This document shows, one piece after another, positions 21,272 through 31,756 of a stretch of DNA of 64,000 nt. The DNA lies in the IMG/VR virus record IMGVR_UViG_3300021400_001341, positions 44,027 to 108,026 of that record. One strand, 5' to 3'. Both the position numbers and the translations under genes were made by a program. The stretch is from a virus. Taxonomy: Duplodnaviria; Caudoviricetes. Within the stretch, counting starts at the first letter, position 1. The number at the start of each line of letters is the position of its first letter. A model generated the notes under the pieces. That model searched no databases. It was not told the origin of the DNA and was given only the letters and a program-made list of their open reading frames with translations.

Positions 21272-22381
21272 ATGTCTGACAAGAAAGGTAAACCTAAAGG
21301 TAGAGGTAACGGTCAGGGTACCGCCATTCTTTCAAAAAATAAGAAATCATGGATTGCCATAGTAACTGTCGGCAAAAAGATTGTTGATGGCAAATTCTAT
21401 ACTGTCAGAAAGAAAAAGAGTGGTTTCCCTACAAAGAAAGCTGCCCTTGCTTACTGTCCTACTCTTTTAGCTGAAGGCCGTATAGACAAACATGCACGTT
21501 ATACGCTTCAAGAGGTTTATGAAATGTGGGAATCATATTATGAACCTCGTGTTGGAACTTCAACAATGGACAACTATAAATACGCTTATAAACATTTTAA
21601 GCCGCTACATTCAATATACATAGACAGTATAGAGCCTGAGAACTTACAGGAATGCATCGATAAGTGTAAGTCCGGAAAACGTACTCATCAGAACATGAAG
21701 GTTACAGCCGGGCTCATCTGGGCATGGGCTGTAGACCACAAGATTTTAGATAGAGACATTACGCGAAACTTATTTATCGGTCATTTAGAATCCACAAAAC
21801 GTGAACCGCTTACAGACGAAGAAGTAAAAATGTTTAAGAACGCTATCGGTAAAGAGAAGTACGCTGAGTACATTTACTGCTTGTGTTATCTTGGTTTCCG
21901 TCCAGGTGAACTGTTGGAGCTTAAGAAGGACGCTCTTCATGAAGAAGAAATAGACGGAAAGAAAATCTATTATTTCATCGGTGGCAAGAAGACAGAGGCC
22001 GGACGAAACAGGACGGTCATTATTCCATCTCAGATACTGGATATCGTTCTCCAACGGAAAGAAGTCGAAGGAACAGACTTATTATTTCCACAGTATGTCT
22101 ATTCCAAAAAGAAGCCATATGACTTTATCAGATTTAAACAGATGACTGATGAATATCTTCGAGATTCCATATTTAAGAAGATGGCTAAGAAGTTCGGTAT
22201 TGATTCCAAGAAGGTTCCGTATTGTGCAAGACATACTTATGCTGATAAACTTGAGAAAGCTGCCGGCAAAGATAAAGACAAAGCGAAGCTCATCGGGCAC
22301 TCGGACTTTTCATTCACTCAGCACAAATATCAGTCTACAGATATCGCCGACTTAAATACGGTCGTAGAGAGCATAGAATGA
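21272..22381 (+). CDS. int: Tyrosine integrase
   Basis: GFRPGEL (R), KTEAG (K), YCARHTY, LIGH, catalytic Y in HKY; N-terminal arm-binding region. Confidence 0.92.
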   Translation: MSDKKGKPKGRGNGQGTAILSKNKKSWIAIVTVGKKIVDGKFYTVRKKKSGFPTKKAALAYCPTLLAEGRIDKHARYTLQEVYEMWESYYEPRVGTSTMDNYKYAYKHFKPLHSIYIDSIEPENLQECIDKCKSGKRTHQNMKVTAGLIWAWAVDHKILDRDITRNLFIGHLESTKREPLTDEEVKMFKNAIGKEKYAEYIYCLCYLGFRPGELLELKKDALHEEEIDGKKIYYFIGGKKTEAGRNRTVIIPSQILDIVLQRKEVEGTDLLFPQYVYSKKKPYDFIRFKQMTDEYLRDSIFKKMAKKFGIDSKKVPYCARHTYADKLEKAAGKDKDKAKLIGHSDFSFTQHKYQSTDIADLNTVVESIE

Positions 22382-22566
22382 TGGAAATTCTTCTTTGAAT
22401 GGTATCTTTGTTGGTATTTCAATTGCGTTAAACGGAACATTACAATGTGGACAAAATCGGGGTGTTACTATGTTATCTTCGCAATCTATACGTTCTTCAA
22501 TTATTTTTCTGCAGTTAGTACAAACTGGAAGAAATTTAATCGATGTTGCTATCATATTTTTTACTC

Positions 22567-22769
22567 CTATTGTTCCGCTATTGTTCCATAAATGCCTGGA
22601 AGCTTTATTTTATAGTCTTATCTGCTTGAATGGGGTTCAAGAGGCCGGAGGTTCGAATCCTCTCACCCAGACTGAAAATCCTTGAGTTGTAAAGCTCGGG
22701 GATTTTTCTTTTTTGAAAAAATTCGTATTGATTTGAAAAAACTTGTTGTATTGTTCCACCTATTGTTCC
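22567..22769 (+). mobile_element. attP: core is the 3' half of tRNA-Pro(GGG) (22623-22672), flanked by paired TATTGTTCC arm-type repeats
   Basis: CTTGA-ATGGGGT-TCAAG anticodon arm, GGAGG-TTCGAAT-CCTCT T arm, no 5' half; TATTGTTCC at 22568, 22579, 22749 and 22761. Confidence 0.85.
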
Positions 22770-23182
22770 GCTAATGTTATCCGTAATTCCTTTTTATATC
22801 GATAATAAGTGTTCCTAGCAATATTTAATTTTTTTATTAATTCGGTGTCTGTCATTAATCCATTAAAATCTTTAGAGTATTTTAGTATTTCTGGTTTTAT
22901 AAATGTTGATTTTTTTGTTGTCAGTTTAACGCCCTTTTTCCCGCCTAACTGTTTGCCTTCTTGTTTACGACGTTTTAATCCAAGCTTAGTTAGTACTCCT
23001 TTTGGCGTAAGTCTATTATGACAAGGCTCGCATATTGCAATCCAGTTTTCTATTATATCTGGTCCATCTACACATAAAGGTATGATGTGATGAATCTCTA
23101 GAGGCCTATTTCGTCCGCAGAGTTCACATACGTTATATTCTTTTAAGTAGTCCTTATGCGTATATGCTTTATATTCTTTCAT
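22760..23182 (-). CDS. HNH domain fused to resolvase-type C-terminal HTH
   Basis: CELCG..LEIHHIIP..N..ICEPCH; IARNTYYRYK. Confidence 0.7.
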   Translation of the reverse strand: MKEYKAYTHKDYLKEYNVCELCGRNRPLEIHHIIPLCVDGPDIIENWIAICEPCHNRLTPKGVLTKLGLKRRKQEGKQLGGKKGVKLTTKKSTFIKPEILKYSKDFNGLMTDTELIKKLNIARNTYYRYKKELRITLAEQ

Positions 23183-23388
23183 CGGCTATCATTTCCTTCA
23201 AACCATTTTATAAAAGCCTGTCGCGGTATTTTCACTCGTGTGCCAATCTTTGATGCAGAAAACCCAAGCTGTTTTATATCTTGCGCAGCTTGATAACGTA
23301 TAACATTAGGATCGCATTCCAATATAGGTGCAACGTCATTAGGAGTAAGGATTTCCTTACTCATTTTTTTTATATCTTCAATTGTCAT
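23179..23388 (-). CDS. Excisionase-like HTH protein
   Basis: ILTPNDVAPIL...KIGTRVKIPR; adjacent to attP/int. Confidence 0.65.
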   Translation of the reverse strand: MTIEDIKKMSKEILTPNDVAPILECDPNVIRYQAAQDIKQLGFSASKIGTRVKIPRQAFIKWFEGNDSR

Positions 23389-23423
23389 AAGATCCTCCGC
23401 ATATAAACAGTTTACAAGTTAAA

Positions 23424-23497
23424 CTGGGGTGGCTGGACTCGAACCAGCGCGTCCGGGAGTCAAAGTCCCGTGCCTTAACCAGCTTGGCTACACCCCA
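23424..23497 (-). tRNA. tRNA-Gln (UUG)
   Basis: Complete cloverleaf, loop CT-TTG-AC. Confidence 0.92.
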
Positions 23498-23620
23498 TAG
23501 TGGCAACTGGATAGCTAATCCTTCTTCTGACCGACAGTTGCCATGCCGTCATTCGTTTCAGTTTTTGTCATTCTTTGTGTGGTGAAACGAATCAAGAACC
23601 ACACATCAGTCGCGACAACG

Positions 23621-23693
23621 TACTTCCGGCTGGATTCGAACCAGCGACCGACGGCTTATAAGGCCGCAACTCTCACCTCTGAGTTACGGAAGC
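23621..23693 (-). tRNA. tRNA-Ile (UAU)
   Basis: Complete cloverleaf, loop CT-TAT-AA. Confidence 0.88.
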
Positions 23694-23856
23694 AAAAGGA
23701 AGGCAGAAGTTCTTTTATCATGAACTTGGAACCTGTTTTTATTCATGGTTTTATTATGCGCACCCAAGTCCTTTTTATCCGCCCGACTAAGGAAGCGGGC
23801 CAATCTGTGCATTTGGTGAACTTCTCTAAGGGGCGTCCCCCTATGTGAACCCTCCA

Positions 23857-23943
23857 TGGTGCCATTGGCGGGATTTGAACCCGCAATCCCTTTCGGGCGT
23901 CAGATTTTAAGTCTGAATTGTATACCGGTTCCAACACAATGGC
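23857..23943 (-). tRNA. tRNA-Leu (UAA)
   Basis: Cloverleaf with long variable arm, loop CT-TAA-AA, encoded CCA. Confidence 0.92.
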
Positions 23944-24164
23944 GTGAACGAGGAGATGTGTTAGCATCTCCTTTGTAAATTATGATGAAGTGATTGCTAA
24001 AGATATTTCTTTACGCTGATCCCCTGGATAACGAGCCGGCGCATTAATACCAAGCAGCCACACAACGGTTTCGTCTTCTTCCTGATCATATGTGTATGCA
24101 ACTATATATGTTGTGTTTATTCGAACGCTCATTTCTTTTCCTTTGAGACTTACATACTTTAAAT

Positions 24165-24347
24165 TCATGCTGTATTACCTCTGTAGGATAAATCTTCTGC
24201 TGTTTTAAATCTGCATATTGCTTTTTCATAAGTCGTGAATTTTCTTGAACATTTTGGACATTCTCTTCTTCGTTTTGTTTGATGGTCGGATGTTTCTCTC
24301 GTGTCAATCACCCTTGTTTTTTTGTTTCCGCATTCAGGGCATATCAT
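24165..24347 (-). CDS. NrdR-like zinc ribbon without ATP-cone
   Basis: MICPECG...TRVIDTR....KRRRECPKC..KFTTYE. Confidence 0.75.
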   Translation of the reverse strand: MICPECGNKKTRVIDTRETSDHQTKRRRECPKCSRKFTTYEKAICRFKTAEDLSYRGNTA

Positions 24348-24792
24348 TCAGATCACCACCGTTAATCCATTGGCAAAAGCAGGCTTATTGCAAAAGTAAA
24401 AAATACAGCAACAAAAAGCATTACATAAAAAAACTCATCATTCGGATCCATTCTCATTTGCGTTTTCCTCCTCTGATAATATCCATTGGCCAATCTTTGT
24501 TCCGCACTTATGGCAGAACTTCGGCTTGTTTTTGAGAGGCAATCTGCAACCACAGCTTCCGCAATACCAGTGAGTCTTATCTTTTGCTTTCGGGTTAACT
24601 TCGTTTTTATATGCTTTTCTGATTAAATTGAGAACATCTCTGTTAAGGTCTGTCCAGCATATAAGCCTGGCCTGATCATATTTAGAATAATACGGGCATT
24701 TAAGTTCCTCGCACGACACGTCACTTGTTGTCATACGAATACAGCACTCAACACCTTTTATCACTTTGTCTACATCCGGCATAACAAACTCC

Positions 24793-25068
24793 TTATAAGT
24801 AATTTTTGCCAAACAGCTTCATCCACATTTCATGAGAATATTTCTTCTCAAAAGCTTTCTGCGCTATGCATTCAAGTTTTCTGTCAAGATCTTTATCTTT
24901 ATCGTGAAGTAATCTATGAATGTCACTTCTGAGCCAAACCCACAAGCCATACTTATCAGCAATTTTTCTGTTAGCAAAGCCGTGGATGCAATGATGTTGT
25001 TCAAGATTGATCTGGCTTCCAGAAATAAAGCATTTCTTTTCTCCTGTCTGGATTATCGAATCAGCCAT
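24793..25068 (-). CDS. Small HNH-like Zn-binding protein
   Basis: KCFISG...LEQHHCIHG...LWVWL. Confidence 0.55.
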   Translation of the reverse strand: MADSIIQTGEKKCFISGSQINLEQHHCIHGFANRKIADKYGLWVWLRSDIHRLLHDKDKDLDRKLECIAQKAFEKKYSHEMWMKLFGKNYL

Positions 25069-25594
25069 GTCTCTTTTTTCCCCAAAGTTCAAGCAAGCGA
25101 TCTGTTTCTTTTTCAGTCATCGTGCTTATGCCGAGAGCGTCAGCATCTTGCTTGAGCGAATCGATAAGCGCAGACATTTGGCCAGCGTCATACGTCGATG
25201 AACCGTACCAGAGAGTAACGTTCATAAAGCCTTCGAAGGCGCTTTCTACGGCTTCTGTTTGCCACCCTTCCCCGTGTGCTTCCCAGCCTTTACATAGGTG
25301 CTCTACGGCTTCTGAGGCAACGCAAACGATGTCTGATACACCACCGATATCACGTATTGCATTTCTGTACACTTCAGATTTTTTCATATGCTGTTTTTCG
25401 GCTATTTTATCTATAATAGACCAACAATAAGCATTTGCGTCTAGACTTCTGCGTTTGAAGAATCTTTTTATTTCAACAACTATATCTTTACCAAACAACT
25501 CGTCGAACGTTTCTCTGAAATCTGACTGGACAACTACTGTTATATTCTGCGTTCCATCAAGATTGACGGTTAGATCTTTTAGTTTTCCAAGCAT
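25061..25594 (-). CDS. NinB/Orf-like recombination protein
   Basis: KRRSLDANAYCW and GSSTYD..MS.LID motifs. Confidence 0.6.
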   Translation of the reverse strand: MLGKLKDLTVNLDGTQNITVVVQSDFRETFDELFGKDIVVEIKRFFKRRSLDANAYCWSIIDKIAEKQHMKKSEVYRNAIRDIGGVSDIVCVASEAVEHLCKGWEAHGEGWQTEAVESAFEGFMNVTLWYGSSTYDAGQMSALIDSLKQDADALGISTMTEKETDRLLELWGKKRHG

Positions 25595-25617
25595 ATAGTT
25601 CCCTCACTTGCTGCTTG

Positions 25618-26031
25618 TTAAGCTATGAATTTTATTTTGATCAATCTGTCTCCGTTTTGAAAACAACGGTTACCTTTCGCTGTTCCTTTAACGACAATGT
25701 GGTTCTGTAATTCGTTTTTTGAAAACTTGATATCGCTTATTGTTTCAAAGCATGGCATGCAAACAGCATGTTTAAAGTCAGATGCACATTTGAATCCTGT
25801 CGGAATTACAAACTCATGATTGTCTGTTAAGCTGATGTTGCTTGGACAATACATTTCATACGTGTTGAATGCTGACCATGACGGCGGTAACAAAAATTCA
25901 TGTTGTATTGTCAGCCAATGTTCCATGTTGCTGTCATTTCCAGTTTCAAAAAAGGTAAGATATTCTTCAAGAGGAACCTTTTCAAAAACTATTTCCACAT
26001 GGATCTCCTCCTTAAAAAGACCCTGCCTCAA
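25618..26031 (-). CDS. Degenerate dUTPase-like protein
   Basis: FEKVP, VIPTGFK and GDRL resemble clostridial dUTPase, but RS/GxxDxDY motifs are absent. Confidence 0.4.
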   Translation of the reverse strand: MRQGLFKEEIHVEIVFEKVPLEEYLTFFETGNDSNMEHWLTIQHEFLLPPSWSAFNTYEMYCPSNISLTDNHEFVIPTGFKCASDFKHAVCMPCFETISDIKFSKNELQNHIVVKGTAKGNRCFQNGDRLIKIKFIA

Positions 26032-26445
26032 ATGAGGCAGGGAATAGTCAATCTTCGTTCAGAAGTTTCATAAATTCATCTTCAGATATGCTAAAGTTGT
26101 GGACATCATTGATTATCTTATATAGTTTTCTAAAATATTGATCTAAAATTTTGTCGAGCTCAATTCTTACTTTCTTACCGAGGATCTCGGCGTCAATGTG
26201 CGATGCGTCTGCGTTGATGTTAAGAGTGTTTGAAACCCAGTCTCTATATGGACTGTTCATCGTAATCCAATTATCATACGTGTTGTTGGTCGTTGTGTAT
26301 ATGGTGTTTGCGTGTGTGCCAACCGTAATTTCGTCTAAGTTAGCAGTAGTCCACGTAGTTCCAGTTACGTATTCGCCAAGCGGATCTGCTGTATAATCGG
26401 TGTTTACCGTTAAAGGTGTTCTAAATTCCGGGTCATGAGGTGGCA

Positions 26446-27036
26446 TTAAATATCATCTACCTTACTTGCTAACATGTCTGCTGCGTGAGTCCAGTATACG
26501 TTCTGATATTTACGAATAGCTTTGTCGAATTCCGTCCATTCTTCTTTCTCGTATGGGCCCATATGATATCGGATGCACAGCATTTCTTCTTCTGTCAACG
26601 TAATAAACTGAGACAGGATCATGACAGACTTAGATCCGTGTCCTTTTAACATGGTGTCGTTGTTGTATTCATAGTGGTATCCTGTCGGCCCTGTTATTTC
26701 GGTTCCATTATATGTAACGACTGTACCACCGACCTTCTTGTACTGATCACACTTACACAGGTCGTGGAACATTCCAACGATAAACGGACTTTCTGGGCGT
26801 TGCCATGTCAGACCGTTGTTTTCTGTAAGATTTCTCAGTCTAATAAATACCTGCCTGCTGTGATCATACAATCCTCCTTCATAAGCTCCGTGGTATTTTG
26901 TCGAAGCTGGGGATGTAAAGAAATTATCGTTTAAATACGCCATAAGATCAGGATTTACCACGAGACGTAACCCGCCCTCTGAAGCAAAGTCGCTCCAGAG
27001 GTTAGCAAAATCTGTTATCCGTTCATCTTTTGTCAT
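26446..27036 (-). CDS. HD-domain hydrolase
   Basis: PASTKYHG...DHS, FHDLCK, GHG, IRYHMG, ADM. Confidence 0.85.
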   Translation of the reverse strand: MTKDERITDFANLWSDFASEGGLRLVVNPDLMAYLNDNFFTSPASTKYHGAYEGGLYDHSRQVFIRLRNLTENNGLTWQRPESPFIVGMFHDLCKCDQYKKVGGTVVTYNGTEITGPTGYHYEYNNDTMLKGHGSKSVMILSQFITLTEEEMLCIRYHMGPYEKEEWTEFDKAIRKYQNVYWTHAADMLASKVDDI

Positions 27037-27789
27037 ATCGTACTCCTATACTGCTCAACACACATTGTAATTGCTTCGAGCCTGTCGGAAATCTTGTTAT
27101 ACTCGCTCGTCATTTCGTCAATCTTTGTTCTGTATTCCTGCTTCTTTTCTGTCAAAGTTTTCATTTCAGTCTCCATTGCAGTAATAAGAGACGTATCGTC
27201 TGTAATCTTTGCAACAGGTTCTGGCGTAACTTTCACTACAGGCTCCGGCATAACCTTTACAATAGGTCCAACAGCAACCTTTACTTCTTTGGATGGCTTT
27301 GTGTCGTCTTTATGTCGCCTCATTCCAAAGCGATTGTATTCATACATATACACACGTTTCTTTGCTTTCTGCTCTGGAAGATTGAGATTATTCATACACC
27401 ATTTTACAGGGTCGCCGGAAGCAACTGCGTCTTCGTACCATTTTGAAACCGGGCGCTCGGTTTCCTTCTTCCCTTTATTCATCTCTACTACCTCTTCTTT
27501 AATCTCAATGGGAACTTCTTTATTTTTTCTTACGAATGGATTGTTGACTTCCGGCTCTGACGCCTTGGGGGCGTCAATGCCGTCGTAAAGCTCGAGAGCC
27601 CTAATCCCCGCACTGCACTTCTGCGCACACTCCCGGCACGGGCCAATCGCTCCCTGGCTTTTGGCGCACCACTTCATAATTTTGCGCCTTAAATCAATGA
27701 GATCCATTTGATCGACATCGTATTGATTTGGAAACTCAAATTTTGTGCTTTTACTCAACAAGGGATCGTATGGCATTGTAGTGTTCTCC

Positions 27790-28416
27790 TTATTCAAATA
27801 TCATCCATGAGTTATCAAGTGTGTGAGCCCAGTCAATAAACTGTTTCCATTCAACAAGTTTATGGCCTTCTCTTTGTTTTACAATGTTTCGAAGTGCAGC
27901 ATATGACATACAGACAGTACGTTTCTGCAGATATGATTGAGGAAGAGCCTGAATAATGCTTCTCCAGATTTCTTTCTTTTCTTCAGGATTGTGCTCAAAT
28001 CTCCAGGCTTCCATGCTTGTGTTTAAACTCTCTATTACATAATCCAGAAAGTCATTGTTCATGCTGTCGTGCTCAAAGTCGTCTCTTGTTAAAGGTCTGG
28101 CCATTAATTTATGCATTGTGGAACATGAAACCTTTTCGACTCCTGCGCGATATGTGTCAAATTCGTTCCACCAGTATCTGGGCGCAGTTATGTCTGTCCA
28201 CACAAATATCATTCTTAAGTGTTTGCAGTGTTCCGAACCAGCCCGTTGAAGACGAACAGACAGCTCTTTATCTGTTTCTCCAACTTCATATTTTAGTTTT
28301 GAATCATCGTTATGATATATCAATCGTGAATCTGACTTATCCCAGCTGTCCATCGGATTTCTCATTCCGTGAATGGCTGGAAATACTCCTGATATTTCTT
28401 TAGTCTCTATATTCAT
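27790..28416 (-). CDS. ThyX-like (flavin-dependent thymidylate synthase family) protein
   Basis: GMRNP..SW, H.K.LR, APRYWW.EFDTY, SCSTMH, LPQSY, R..HKL.EW. Confidence 0.6.
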   Translation of the reverse strand: MNIETKEISGVFPAIHGMRNPMDSWDKSDSRLIYHNDDSKLKYEVGETDKELSVRLQRAGSEHCKHLRMIFVWTDITAPRYWWNEFDTYRAGVEKVSCSTMHKLMARPLTRDDFEHDSMNNDFLDYVIESLNTSMEAWRFEHNPEEKKEIWRSIIQALPQSYLQKRTVCMSYAALRNIVKQREGHKLVEWKQFIDWAHTLDNSWMIFE

Positions 28417-28644
28417 GTCCTGTCGCCTCCTTGTATGCGTTTCTTACTTTGACAAGCTCTTCAAGAATTTCATCGTTTGTTTGCTGAAGAGCGTAATTGT
28501 CTCTGATTAATTTCTCAACACACTCTTTTACATCTCTTGTGTTGTAATCTTCAGGACAATATGCGCATAGCCGCATACATGGGCCTTCATATGATGTGAG
28601 CTTATGTATAAGCTCTTTCGGAGTTAAAGACATGATAACCCTCC

Positions 28645-29268
28645 TCACAAAATATCTTCTAAAGTGTTGATAATTTGTTCGCAGGCTTTGTTTTCAATGC
28701 AGTATTTTGCGTCGAGTTCCCAGTCATTATTCCGCTTCTTCATGATAAGAGATTTGGAAATTCCAGAATGGTCAGCAATAAACTCTTTCATCTTCTTAAG
28801 TTGTTTCTTATAGCTTTCTGTTGCGTCAAGAACTTTTACAGCGTCTCCGCTAATTTCGTTCTGACCTTCATGTATAATCATTTTAGAATTTTTCATCATA
28901 TAGCGCTTATGACCAGCTAAGAAAATAAGCGCAGCTGCAGATCCAGCCATGAACAAATTGATCGTATAAATCGGGGTAATAGATGCTTCCATTGTGTCGA
29001 TCAAAGGCCACATATAGAATACCAAGCCGCCAGAGGAATGAACAAACATTTTGATTGGCTGTCTGTCTTCGACTTTCTTTCCTTTGTCTTCAAGATTCCA
29101 CCGCACAATCATTCTTTGAACTGCCATAACATCGTATTCGATATCACAGTCAAGATAAATAATCCGCTCTTTTTCAAGAATGTAATATGTTATTTGATCT
29201 GGATCTGGCAGACATAAACTTTGAGCTTCTGCAACAGCTTCCGGGAATTGAATAATTTCCAAAGTCAT
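28645..29268 (-). CDS. ClpP-like protease
   Basis: RIIYL, VHSSGG, AGSAAALI (Ser), IIHE (His), DWEL. Confidence 0.8.
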   Translation of the reverse strand: MTLEIIQFPEAVAEAQSLCLPDPDQITYYILEKERIIYLDCDIEYDVMAVQRMIVRWNLEDKGKKVEDRQPIKMFVHSSGGLVFYMWPLIDTMEASITPIYTINLFMAGSAAALIFLAGHKRYMMKNSKMIIHEGQNEISGDAVKVLDATESYKKQLKKMKEFIADHSGISKSLIMKKRNNDWELDAKYCIENKACEQIINTLEDIL

Positions 29269-30122
29269 TCCTCCTTATTTAGCAGGTCTGCCAGTTTTGC
29301 TGTTTCGCTTCTTACAGATTCCTGCAAATGTATATAAGAAAACAACCTATTGCCCTGAAGTCTGGTAATCGCCGCTTCAAGCCCGTTGTCTTCTTCAAAC
29401 GCTTTTGCGTCAATCTGGCGGCAATCACCTTCCAGAATTAAAATAGATCCTTCTGCTACTCGTCCAAGCAAAAGCTGAACATGCTCTCTCGTAAGATGTT
29501 CTGCTTCTGTTGCAAATATAATGCTGTTGGAAATGTTTCTTCCTCGAAGAAAACCAAGATGCTCAACTTCTACAGACCCTCTTTCGATAGCTTGCTCAAA
29601 TTGGTCTACTCCTCCAAGAAAGTCAATAAGTGGACCAGCCCATACAGCCATCTTCTCTAGATAAGATCCTTTCAGAAAGCCTATTGAGTTTGAATTCTTA
29701 ACTTCAATTGTGTTTCTCACATATGTAAGTTTTTCAAACTTGCCTTCTTCGATAGCTTTAAAAGCGAATGCAAGTCCAAGAAAGGACTTGCCGCTTCCAA
29801 AAGGACCGGATATTGTTTTCACTGTAACAGTTGGATCATCAAGCATATCCATTAAGCATTCCTGCTCAACATTTTTTGCTTTTATTTTTCCATGAATTGA
29901 AGACGAAAACGGTTTGGGGATAACACGTTTCATTTCTCCGTCCTGCCATTTCAGGCGGTCAGCAACAGTCCCATCTTCATTCATCAGAACCAGATACTCG
30001 TTCTCTTTCAGCAGGAATGGATTCTTCTTCTGTTCCTTGTAAAGAATTTCCACGTTCGGTGCTGAAGTCGATACTTTCAAATAGCCCTGATATGTTGTTC
30101 CTACGCTCCGCATACCATTCAC
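29265..30122 (-). CDS. phoH: PhoH family ATPase
   Basis: GPFGSGKS, GFLKG, FLRGR, GD..QID. Confidence 0.85.
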   Translation of the reverse strand: MNGMRSVGTTYQGYLKVSTSAPNVEILYKEQKKNPFLLKENEYLVLMNEDGTVADRLKWQDGEMKRVIPKPFSSSIHGKIKAKNVEQECLMDMLDDPTVTVKTISGPFGSGKSFLGLAFAFKAIEEGKFEKLTYVRNTIEVKNSNSIGFLKGSYLEKMAVWAGPLIDFLGGVDQFEQAIERGSVEVEHLGFLRGRNISNSIIFATEAEHLTREHVQLLLGRVAEGSILILEGDCRQIDAKAFEEDNGLEAAITRLQGNRLFSYIHLQESVRSETAKLADLLNKEE

Positions 30123-30371
30123 CTACCGTCGATCTTATTTTCCTGATGTATTCCTCTTCATCCTTCGGAAGGAGTTCGAACGGACCTGGATGTTTCTTCG
30201 AATCAGTCATTCCGACTTTGAATGTTCTGAACAGGTTATACCGCCGATCTTTGTAAATCATCTGGAAATTGTTTATTGCATAATTTTTATTTCTGGCATA
30301 ACAGAACGCAATTTCCTCTACGTTTGGATGGTGACCCATCTCAACCCTGTAGATATATGTTATCTTCTCGC

Positions 30372-30944
30372 TCATTTCTGAGCCTCCTCAATTTGATGAT
30401 TTTGAATCAGCCATGCAATTGCGACAGCTGTTGCGTCTGACTCGTCATCGTTTTTATATTCCTGTTTTCCGACGTAATCGGACAGGGCGTTGGCAACATC
30501 CTGCTTTTCAGCTTTGCCAGACCCCGCGACCAGACATTTAATTGTTACCGGGTATATTTCATACCATTCTTTGTTGTCAAGATAATAGTCCATTATCCCA
30601 ACAACCTTGGCAACATCTCTTTCGGATGGCACTTTTTTATTCATGACCATCTTTTCACGAACATAAAATATCCAGTCGTCACAGAATGGCAGATCTGTTT
30701 CTGCAATAAAATCATTAAACGCAGAATATATTTCTCGTAAAATCTGCCCATGTGATTTATTACGTTTTGTTTTGTTGTCTACTGACATCAAACTTACGTT
30801 TACAATGTTTGCAACACCGGCTCTGTTAACAACTTCCAACAGACAAAATCCCGGTCTTCTTAGGCTTAAGTCTGCTCCACAAACATAATAATGCTGAGGA
30901 AATATAATCTCTTCAGTCGGCGTAGCCTCTTTCTTTTTAGGCAT
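30372..30944 (-). CDS. RuvC-like Holliday junction resolvase
   Basis: GADLSL, VRE, GSGKAEK, DDESDA. Confidence 0.8.
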   Translation of the reverse strand: MPKKKEATPTEEIIFPQHYYVCGADLSLRRPGFCLLEVVNRAGVANIVNVSLMSVDNKTKRNKSHGQILREIYSAFNDFIAETDLPFCDDWIFYVREKMVMNKKVPSERDVAKVVGIMDYYLDNKEWYEIYPVTIKCLVAGSGKAEKQDVANALSDYVGKQEYKNDDESDATAVAIAWLIQNHQIEEAQK

Positions 30945-30955
30945 ACGCTTTCTCC

Positions 30956-31756
30956 TTATTCGCGGTTAAGTTTTGATATAAGTTCAGCTCTTGCGTCGCA
31001 TGCTTCATCCGGAGTATTGTATGTTCCTGCAAGATATTTTTTTCCTTTGTGATAGTACACAGCTTGGTATTTTCCATAGTGCCAATAAACGCCCTTAAAC
31101 GGGTTTATTTTACATTGTTTATTGAATGTGTCTATTAGTTCATTCACACGATTGGAGACGTCTTTTAGGCACTTCTGCATGGCAACAGTTGCCTCTTCCT
31201 CAGTGCTGAATCCGTATTCATAGAAACGCTGGCCATAACGCACAATTTCGTATTCCCACTTTTTGCCGTGCAGTCTTACATGCTTAGCGTTTGTGTTGCT
31301 TGCATTTTCAGATCGTGTAACAATTCGTAGATTTTGTTTGCGATTATCCAGAGAATTACGATTGATATGATCTATTTCCATCGGCCCATAATAATCAAGA
31401 ATCAGCCGATGCAGCTTTAAATGTGTTGGGTGTTTTGAATAAATATAAGTTTGTGTTTTTGTCGGAAGTACATTCCATTTTCTTTTAGATACCTTATCAA
31501 CATCTTCAAGATCAATAATGGTTACAGCAACTATTTCATTTCTTTTATTGCGTATAACCATTTCAGCATAGTCTTCATGTTTGATAATTTCATTTTTATC
31601 ATGTGTTGTACGAGCTGTTGGATCTGTGATCATATCATATTTTTTTAGCTGTATATAATGTTTATCACATAGAAACATATTATGCTTAGAACGATATGAA
31701 ACTTTTTTTGTTTCATTTGTGACTCCGCAGACATCACATGTCTTTATTGTTTTCAC
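30956..31756 (-). CDS. HNH endonuclease with AP2-like domains
   Basis: LHRLI..IDHINRNSLDNRKQNLR..N. Confidence 0.85.
   Translation of the reverse strand: MKTIKTCDVCGVTNETKKVSYRSKHNMFLCDKHYIQLKKYDMITDPTARTTHDKNEIIKHEDYAEMVIRNKRNEIVAVTIIDLEDVDKVSKRKWNVLPTKTQTYIYSKHPTHLKLHRLILDYYGPMEIDHINRNSLDNRKQNLRIVTRSENASNTNAKHVRLHGKKWEYEIVRYGQRFYEYGFSTEEEATVAMQKCLKDVSNRVNELIDTFNKQCKINPFKGVYWHYGKYQAVYYHKGKKYLAGTYNTPDEACDARAELISKLNRE

Noticed and set aside
22623-22672. Functional tRNA-Pro(GGG) gene
   Set aside because: The 5' acceptor strand and D arm are missing; interpreted as the attP core.
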